Origin: Naegleria gruberi
Taxonomy: Eukaryota
Length of the DNA stretch: 64,000 nucleotides
Reading direction: 5' to 3' (one strand)
NCBI GenBank assembly: GCA_000004985.1
Contig: GG738894.1
Shown here: positions 48,001-55,101 of the stretch, piece by piece
Layout: each line of letters begins with the position of its first letter
Position numbering within the stretch: the first letter of the stretch is position 1
Notes under the pieces: model-generated
Seen by the model: the letters and a program-made list of their open reading frames with translations, nothing else
Told to the model about the DNA's origin: nothing
Databases searched by the model: none
Translations under genes and position numbers: made by a program

Positions 48001-49422
48001 AGAGTTGAAAGGGCTAGATACAATCTTTATTAATTTGGGATATTCATTTAGTTTCAATGAGAAAACAGAAGAAACTATTTTTTCTGAACACTCAGTTATT
48101 GACACATTCCTTATTAGAAAGCTTTCTCCTATCTGTGAAGGAGGAGCACGCTTCAATTCATTCAATAATACTTGTGACTGTTTGAGTGGATTTTATGGAG
48201 AGAAATGTCAAGCAATTACTTGCAATGGAACAATATCATCAGATGCAACAAGTTGTAATGGAAAGGGAACTTGTGTTGAATTAGATGTTTGTGAATGTTT
48301 GAATGGATTTGAAGGGCAGTATTGTGAAAAATCTATTGACAAGTTGGCAACCGATCAGTCAACAATTTTGATTGTTTCCATTGTCATTCCTATTCTTGGA
48401 GTAGGTCTGATTATCGTGATATTGATTGTAATTATTGTCATAGCATTACTACTTTTCAAAAAGAAGAAATCAAAGGAAATTAATGAAATTGCAACTGCAA
48501 ACATTGTGGAAATGTCAGAATTTCCAAGTAGTTCAATCATTATTTCATCATCACTTGGTTCTGACATGTCAGAAAAGGAAGACATACTTTCTAGGTATAT
48601 TAATATGATTAGAGTTGGGCAAGGCGCATTTGGAAGTGTTTTCAAAGTGACAGATACAAAGAGTGGAAATAAGGTAAAAGCAATCAAGATTGTGAGATTT
48701 GAATCATTCACCGATTTGAACACAATTATGAAAGAAGCATCTCAATTGAGTAATATCAATCATCCAAATATATTGCGAGTGAATGATTATTTCATCACTA
48801 ATGACAATTTGCTTTGTATAGATATGGATTATTATGAGAATGGTGACTTGACAAGGTTTACAAAGAAGGAAATATGTTCTGAAGATATTATTCGCAAGAT
48901 TATGAAACAAATGTTAAGTGCATTGAATTATGTCCACTCAGAATTGTCAATCATTCATAGAGATATCAAACCTTCAAATATTTTTATTCGAAAACTTTCT
49001 GGAAATGACATTGAAGTTGTTTTAGCTGATTTTGGATTGGCTAAAAAGTATCAAGAAATGAAAGGTCAATCCTATGCTGGAACTCCACTTTTTATGAGGT
49101 TTGTTTTATAATTATGCATTAGTTTTAAACTTTTTAAAGTCCTGAAATTGCACTGGGCAGCTCATATTCATTCAATACTGATATTTTCTCACTGGGAGTT
49201 TCGATTTATCAAATCATGACAAAAGACGAAACCATTCCTATTGGAAATTTATTGATGGGAAATCAATTAGCAAATGCAGAAGCCATTCTCACCCAACAAA
49301 TGAAACAGAATACTAGTTACTCGAATGAATTGATTGAAATTGTTATGAAAATGTTGGATAAGAATCAAGAAACTCGATCAAGTGCTGTTCAACTTCTTCA
49401 AATGCCTTATTTCAAACACTAA
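45032..49422 (+). CDS. Receptor-like protein kinase: signal peptide, NHL-repeat beta-propeller ectodomain, 2 EGF-like modules, one TM helix, NEK-like Ser/Thr kinase domain (4 exons, 1415 aa)
   Basis: Exons are 45032..45858, 45912..46970, 47020..49098 and 49140..49422. The introns are 45859..45911 (GTAAGT...AG), 46971..47019 (GTAAGT...AG) and 49099..49139 (GTTTGT...AG). Splicing joins the ORF-track ORFs 44837, 45979, 47087 and 49216 in frame. The first and third of these begin at TTG and GTG, not real starts.

The start is an AAAAAAA-ATG at 45032, followed by a signal peptide (MHNISISYWCVVILLFICFAQPF). There are at least 14 NHL-type blades, for example LSVAPNGDLYIADTNNDKIRVV, YGIAVTSANEIWTS (spanning intron 1), SVNPVNGDLYISYADF and FHVKKNGDIVFVDEGNYLIRKF. 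Two EGF-like modules follow (CDCLSGFYGEKCQ; CNGKGTCVELDVCECLNGFEGQYCE). A transmembrane helix (ILIVSIVIPILGVGLIIVILIVIIVIALLLF) ends in a KKKK stop-transfer.

The kinase motifs are GQGAFGSV, KAIKIV, HRDIKPSNIF, DFGLAK and GTPLFM|SPEIALGS. The last is restored only by intron 3. DIFSLGVSIYQI follows, and the reading frame ends ...MPYFKH-stop. Confidence 0.8.
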
Positions 49423-49433
49423 CTCTCTTTTTT

Positions 49434-49439
49434 AATAAA
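49434..49439 (+). promoter_or_regulatory. Putative AATAAA polyadenylation signal of the receptor-kinase gene
   Basis: An AATAAA hexamer lies 12 nt after the TAA stop at 49420-49422. Confidence 0.35.
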
Positions 49440-49526
49440 GTTGGACTTCCTCGATTCATTGTTGTTAAGCCATACCCGAATGAGAAGGGGGATATTTAGT
49501 TTATTAATACAAATAATATCTGCTTC

Positions 49527-50660
49527 CTAATAGCTCTCTGATTTGTTGAACTTATTTGCTCCCCACAGTAGTGAATTCTCATGATTTAGTCCTTGATCAC
49601 CAATTCTATTGCCACGAATATTAAGTGATGTTAATTGTTTCATTTCACTTATATATTTGGCTCCTTCTACACCAATTCGATTGCCACGAATATTAAGTGA
49701 TGTTAATTGTTTCATTTCACTAATGAATTTGACTTTGCCACAAATATTAAGTGATGTTAATTGTTTCATTTCACTAATGAATTTAGCTCCTTCATCACCA
49801 GTTCTATTGTAAGAAATATTAAGTGATGTTAATTGTTTCATTTCACTAATGTATTTGACTCCTTCTATACCAATTTCATTTTCAGAAATATTAAGTGATG
49901 TTAATTGTTTCATTTCACTAATGAATTTAGCTCCTTCTATACCAATGAGAGTGTAATAAATATTAAGTGATGTCAATTGTTTCATTCCACTTATATATTT
50001 GGCTCCTTCATCGCCAATTATATTGTAAGAAATATCAAGTGATGTTAATTGTTTCATTTCACTTATATATTTGGCTCCTTCATCGCCAATTTCATTTTCA
50101 CGAATATTAAGTGATATTAATTGTTTCATTTCACTGATATATTTAGCTCCTTCATCACCAATTACATTGTAAGAAATATTAAGTGATGTTAATTGTTTCA
50201 TTTCACTGATATATTTGGCTCCTTCTACACCAATTCGATTGCCACGAATATTAAGTGATGTTAATTGTTTCATTTCAGTTACGAATTTGAGTTGTTCTAT
50301 GGCTTCCAGCAAATTTGTTGAAAATTTAACATCAACAATACTATTCATAAACTGACTTTTCATGAATAATTCAACTCGTTTCTCTGTAATGTTGTTTTTA
50401 AATTGAATAACAAGTTTTGAACGTTCCTTGATCACATTAAAGAATTGTTTTGAAATTAAAGTACAATTATTTAAAATAAACCACGAATCATCAATCATGC
50501 AAATTATTTCAAAACAAATATCATCTGAAAATATTTCTTGTTCGAGTTTCACATGCTTTTTTACTTTCTCTTCCATATTATTATTATTATTGTTAGTGAA
50601 TATTTCCTCCGAATTAATTAATTGATGATTTTCAAAATCTTGTCTGTTTCGTTTGCTCAT
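49527..50660 (-). CDS. F-box-like / leucine-rich-repeat protein (ribonuclease-inhibitor-type 24-aa LRRs)
   Basis: A 377-aa single-exon ORF starting at a genuine AAAAAA-ATG at 50660. The N-terminus has an F-box-like segment (FSDDICFEIICMIDDSWFILNNCTLISKQFFNVIKE). About 9.5 tandem 24-residue repeats of the form LTSLNIxxNxIGDEGAKYISEMKQ follow. One unit is truncated (LTSLNICGKVKFISEMKQ). The last repeat diverges (RIGDQGLNHENSLLWG). Confidence 0.8.
   Translation of the reverse strand: MSKRNRQDFENHQLINSEEIFTNNNNNNMEEKVKKHVKLEQEIFSDDICFEIICMIDDSWFILNNCTLISKQFFNVIKERSKLVIQFKNNITEKRVELFMKSQFMNSIVDVKFSTNLLEAIEQLKFVTEMKQLTSLNIRGNRIGVEGAKYISEMKQLTSLNISYNVIGDEGAKYISEMKQLISLNIRENEIGDEGAKYISEMKQLTSLDISYNIIGDEGAKYISGMKQLTSLNIYYTLIGIEGAKFISEMKQLTSLNISENEIGIEGVKYISEMKQLTSLNISYNRTGDEGAKFISEMKQLTSLNICGKVKFISEMKQLTSLNIRGNRIGVEGAKYISEMKQLTSLNIRGNRIGDQGLNHENSLLWGANKFNKSESY
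49590..50280. repeat. 72-bp tandem repeat array (about 9.5 copies, one copy internally deleted) inside the LRR gene
   Basis: The unit on the + strand is ccacgaatattaagtgatgttaattgtttcatttcacttatatatttggctccttctacaccaattcgattg. Copies differ at only a few positions. The outermost copies (49609-49680 and about 50205-50276) differ by a single nucleotide, and third codon positions are conserved too. Confidence 0.85.
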
Positions 50661-50747
50661 TTTTTCTTGAGATTTAAATTCATGGGATTTACTTTGGTTA
50701 GAATTGTTGGCATTGTAATGTTAAATAACATTTTGAGAAAATGATAT

Positions 50748-52769
50748 CTACAATATTTCTCTTTGCATCATAATCAGTCCAAAAAGGACTTGATGCAGCA
50801 CTGATAGTTCAACTCGTTCTTGCAAACAGGTATCTCTGAATCGGATAGTCACAGTTGCATTCAATAAACTCTCTTCATCAATAGTGATGGCAATAGGAAT
50901 TCCAATTTCATCAGCACGTTTATATTTCTTTCCAATTGAGTGTGCACTTTCATCATGTTTGAAGGGAATGGAAAGAGTTCTTATAATTTTAGTAACCTTT
51001 TCTAGTACCATCTTTTCCTCATTAGTTTTGACTTTACAGTTAGAAACCAGTAATACCTTGATTGGAGCCAACTGACTTGGTAAAGAAAGAATAGGCCTTT
51101 CCTCATCTCGAGTCCAAAATACATGTTCCAATAAGCTCAATAATATTCTACTAACAGAAAATGAAAGATCAATGATGTGAGGAGTAATCTTTTCTCCATA
51201 AACTTTTTTCACACATTCCACAAACGAAATATCATCTTTGGATAATTGGAAATTCTTTCCATTGATATCAAGTGAGATTTTGTGGTTGGTTTCCAACTCT
51301 GTTTGATATTGAGATTTCTTCTCCTTAGATAGTCCACTAAGGTGCTCTAACAGTATTTTGGTATCATTCTTGTAACGTTTTCCAAGCTTTTGATGTGAAA
51401 ACTCCACAACTATTTCTCTCTCCTCAAGAGGTTCATCAAATGAATCAAATAGAGAGAGATCAGAGTTAGAATGTTGAGAATGTTGCAGCAAATCGTAACC
51501 TGCTTTGGATTGAACATTAACAACCTCTACCCAACCAATGGTTGTCAACACCTCACATGTCCACAACTGCTCCAATCTATATGAAAATTGTTTTCGAAAC
51601 CGTATTCCTTCACTCAAAAATCCACATTCCTCCATGAATTCTTGTGTTCTGGCAAGATAGTAAGCCAATGATTTGTTAGCTATGAATTCTTGTTCCGCAG
51701 CATCTTTGATCGAAATCTTGGTTTCTTCATCATTTGAATCTAAAAGCAATCTCACAATTACTTGCTCGACTTTCTTGGAGTACTTTTCACAATTATTTTT
51801 CTTTGCTCCATTGCAGAAATGCATTATTTTTGCGCTTGAATTTTCCCTCAGTTTCGAATAGTGGCCAGTAGTTGTAGAATTATCAAAAATGGACCCAACC
51901 TGTGCAACTGAAAAGGGTAACCGTTTTCCACCATATTCCCATAACCGCTTAATATTTGTGTAAACACCTTGATCGAGATCAGGTCTCAAATAAACACTTG
52001 TTCTACCTGTTACTCCAATTTGTGTTTTAATCGCAAACGTCCATTCAAATACTTCAGAAATTTGATTTCCATCCATACTCCTAATTCTAAACCTCTTAAT
52101 AATATTATTCATGGCACCACCATCATAAGAATGAAGATTTGCAAGAATTTCTCTGAAATGTTTGATTTGAACACTTGTTAATAAATCCTCGTTGCCCAGC
52201 TTTTCCTGTATGAAATCCTCAATAACTTTGGTGGCAAGAATGATCTTATCAGTCTTCATATCTTTCACAATAAATTCATTAAAAGGAAAAAAGAATCCAA
52301 AAGCTCTGTAAACTTCATCAAGTACAAGTGAGCTCGTTTCCATTTCCATCATTTCTTCCTCCAATACGAAATGTTTCCTCCATAATCCAATCACATTATT
52401 CTTCAAATTGCATCCCAAAGGACCTAAATCCACCAAACCACTCACTCCACCATAAATTTCGAATGACGGTAATACGAAACAATTTTTCAATAAACATGCC
52501 CTTAATAACTGATCATTGAAATGTAATTTACTCGATTCGGAACACTTCTTTGCAATTATTTTCAATTCCAAATTTAATAATTTAATTCTCTCCTCATCAC
52601 GATCGGAAGAAGAATTAAAATTTGATAATTGTTGTAATTTTTCTTTGAATAATTGATTAATAGCAATTCGTTCTTCTAATGTTGCAATTTTAGGTTGATT
52701 GTTGGTGGTAGTTGTCGAAGAAATTGCATTTTCCGTTGATGTGTTGTTGCCTATCTGATTGTTGATCAT
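50748..52769 (-). CDS. Glycyl-tRNA synthetase (class IIa) paralogue with degenerate catalytic motifs: GlyRS-like pseudoenzyme (673 aa)
   Basis: The real start is an AAAAAAA-ATG at 52769. The ORF-track M at 52790 is a GTG. The protein aligns end-to-end with eukaryotic GlyRS. Examples: [36 protein letters not shown] matches human [70 protein letters not shown] matches [47 protein letters not shown]...[20 protein letters not shown] matches GKTFQLTKDMINV...[20 protein letters not shown]. The anticodon-binding domain aligns as LAPIKVLLV...[24 protein letters not shown]...[12 protein letters not shown] against [24 protein letters not shown]...TATLRDRDSMRQ.

Motif 2 is destroyed: human [29 protein letters not shown] corresponds here to [29 protein letters not shown], so both the Arg and the Glu are lost. 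The insertion-domain segment TSGHVDKF is replaced by AFGFFFPF. Confidence 0.85.
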   Translation of the reverse strand: [673 protein letters not shown]

Positions 52770-53627
52770 TTTTTTAATTTGTAATTTCACAACAAGTCAT
52801 CATGAAACAATCAAATTTGTGAAACTATCAAGAAGACGCACTTTCTGTGCAATTTAATCCAACCACTCAGTTTGTTAATCCCAATGAGTGGAATAAAAGA
52901 TTCATAACAGCTAATACATTGGCATTATAATCCAAAATAGTTCCAATAGATAATGCATTAAGAGTAGCTTAATATTTCAATTAAAATGTTTACAAAAGTA
53001 TACCAGTATTCATAAAGTTGGAAATTACCAGGATTCACTCCTTTCCAGTATGGTAGCATTTCTGGAAAGTAGTTAGATATGGAACGATGAATTAAAATTA
53101 TTAATTATCAAGGTTTTCGAGTGCAACCATGGCTGGATCAAAACCATTAGAAATGAAAGTATTAGACTCTAAATAAGAGGAAGTTAGTGTTACTTTTTCT
53201 ACATGAATTACAAGCAGATTTTAACAATCACGTTCCGAAACTTAATTCCAAATTTTAGGATGCTAGGTAGATAACCTACCAACTCGTATTTCCATGCAAC
53301 TAATTATTATTAATTCGTGATGATGTGTTGACTTCAATATTTGCTGCGTTTACGAATTTGAATTTGAAAAAACCCTTTCAACTTCCAACTTGTCGCCTCA
53401 AATTTACCAAATTAATCAAAATTCACTATCAACACAAATGTTGTATGGAAGGAACTTTGTATGAAAGATCAAAGATAACTCTCTGTGCAATTATTAATAG
53501 CTACCTGATAGAGGAAGTCAGGGAATTCAAAAGGTGGATCGATGAAAACTTCGTCTTGTATTTTTTCAAGTAAAAAACAAATACAAAAGATCTTCATCAA
53601 TTAATTATATTATTAATAATCATCAAA

Positions 53628-55097
53628 ATGCCAGCCAATGTCGGAACTAGAAGAAAATTGAATCCAAATCTTAAGAAGGGATATGTAGCTCCACCAGTTG
53701 AAGATCATATCATCATTGAAGAGGATCAAAAGCAAAAATCACAACAACAACAACCTGTAAAAACAAAGAAGCAACAACAACCAATTGCTAATACTTCATC
53801 ACCAGCAACCACTACTACCACTAACAAGGTTGTTACCAATGCAAATGTACCAACAACAACAACAACAACAGCACCAAAAGCAAAGAATGTAAAATCATCA
53901 TCAGAATCACGTTTTGAAAAGTACGAAAAACAACATGAAGCCTTCATCAAGCAAATGGAAACATTCATGAAGTCCTTCCTTGATTTTGAAAAGGAGAGAT
54001 TGGCCTTCATGAAAGAACAATTCGGATCAAAGAGTGTTGGCACAACCACCACTACACAAACAACTGTGGCCAACAATAAGAAGGATAACAAGACAATTAC
54101 AGCCACAACAACAACTACACCAACAAAAACTACAACTCCTCCTCCAACTAACACAACTGTTAAAACAACAACAGCAACAGCAGCAACTACTACTCCTAAG
54201 AAAAAGACAACAGAACCAACCACAACTCCACAAAATAATACCAATGTAACATCACCAAAATCAACCAAGAATGAAGCAGCAAAGAATAAGGATCCTGCTG
54301 TTGATGCTTCTCCAACTAAGCAACAAACCAAGAAGGCAACAACTACTACTAGCCCTACCACTACTGCCACTACCACCACTACAACTGTACCAACAAAGAT
54401 TAGAGAATTGACTGTAACAAAAGATGAAATTTTTGATAATCTCAAAGTTGTCTATGTGAGTGGTGAAAACATCAAGGCAATTGCCGAGGCTAATAAGGTA
54501 TTCGATACTTTGGAAAAGAAGGATGCTGTATATGGATTTGACATTTTGTGGAATGCAAAGGAGGAAAAGACAATTAACGAAAGCCCAACCGAAACTCACA
54601 TCCTTGTACCAATCAGACTCATCTTATTGGCTAATCATGACACTGTCTTTGTTTATAGACCTCCAACTGCCGAAGAGATGCTTGCTGAAAAGATTGATAG
54701 ACCTCTCCCAGTAGCTCTTTACAAAATTCTCACTCAAAATCAATGTGTCAAGGTTTCATTTAATGCTATTGAAAAGGTCAACTACTTGTACCATAATTTG
54801 AACACTACCTATGTTAGTCATGTATCTGATATCAACTCCCTTTTCGTGAAGGAACCATATGGTTCTGCATTGGATATGTTAAGTAAGGAATTGGAATTAC
54901 CAACAGAACAAGTTTCCAAAGAGCTCAAAATGAGACATAATATTAATTATAGCAAGGAGCTCAGTAATGGCCAACTTGTCACAGTTGCCAAGAGATGTTG
55001 GTTGGAATTAAGACTTGTTGAAAAATTCTCTGAAAAACAAAAAACCAAGACAAATCTATTTGACTTTGTGACCAAAAACATGAAAATTGAAGATTAA
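53628..55097 (+). CDS. Thr-rich low-complexity protein with C-terminal 3'-5' exonuclease-like (DEDDy/WRN-exo-like) domain lacking catalytic residues (489 aa)
   Basis: A single ORF with a genuine ATG at 53628. The N-terminal roughly 250 aa hold poly-Thr/Pro tracts from (ACN)n codon repeats (TTTTTNKV, PTTTTTTAP, TATTTTTPTKTTTPPPTNTTVKTTTATAATTTPKKK) and a short helical segment (FEKYEKQHEAFIKQMETFMKSFLDFEKERLAFMKEQF).

The C-terminal roughly 200 aa show the exonuclease fold pattern. Motif I is AVYGFDILWNA...HILVPIRLILLANHDTVFVYRP (compare WRN VVGFDMEWPP...KVALIQLCVSESKCYLFHV; the Glu is replaced by Leu). Motif II is CVKVSFNAIEKVNYLYHNL (compare KKAGVGIEGDQWKL; the Asp is lost). Motif III is EPYGSALDMLSKEL (compare YAATDAY). 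Confidence 0.65.
   Translation: MPANVGTRRKLNPNLKKGYVAPPVEDHIIIEEDQKQKSQQQQPVKTKKQQQPIANTSSPATTTTTNKVVTNANVPTTTTTTAPKAKNVKSSSESRFEKYEKQHEAFIKQMETFMKSFLDFEKERLAFMKEQFGSKSVGTTTTTQTTVANNKKDNKTITATTTTTPTKTTTPPPTNTTVKTTTATAATTTPKKKTTEPTTTPQNNTNVTSPKSTKNEAAKNKDPAVDASPTKQQTKKATTTTSPTTTATTTTTTVPTKIRELTVTKDEIFDNLKVVYVSGENIKAIAEANKVFDTLEKKDAVYGFDILWNAKEEKTINESPTETHILVPIRLILLANHDTVFVYRPPTAEEMLAEKIDRPLPVALYKILTQNQCVKVSFNAIEKVNYLYHNLNTTYVSHVSDINSLFVKEPYGSALDMLSKELELPTEQVSKELKMRHNINYSKELSNGQLVTVAKRCWLELRLVEKFSEKQKTKTNLFDFVTKNMKIED
53790..54400. repeat. Coding low-complexity (ACN)n / (CAA)n codon-repeat region (poly-Thr, poly-Gln)
   Basis: The region has runs of aca/act/acc codons and caacaacaa. On the other frames and strand they generate the spurious poly-Val, poly-Cys and poly-Gln ORFs in the track (53726..54445 -, 54027..54233 -, 54034..54249 +). 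Confidence 0.75.
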
Positions 55098-55101
55098 ATT
55101 T

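Noticed and set aside
48355-48910. Minus-strand ORFs 48355..48723 and 48704..48910
   Set aside because: They are antisense to the TM/kinase exon of the receptor-kinase gene, with no start context.
49590-50280. CRISPR-like reading of the regular 72-bp repeats
   Set aside because: The repeats are contiguous with no unique spacers, they are protein-coding (LRR units), and the context is eukaryotic. This is a coding tandem repeat, not a CRISPR array.
53325-53573. 82-aa TTG-initiated + ORF in the divergent promoter region
   Set aside because: It has a non-ATG start and lies in the intergenic region immediately upstream of the 53628 gene. It is probably 5' UTR.
53726-54445. 239-aa minus-strand ORF (poly-Val/Gly) and the 54027..54233(-), 54034..54249(+) and 54261..54599(-) ORFs
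   Set aside because: These are antisense or off-frame readings of the (ACN)n and (CAA)n codon repeats of the Thr-rich gene. Their low-complexity composition is an artefact of the repeat, with no independent support.
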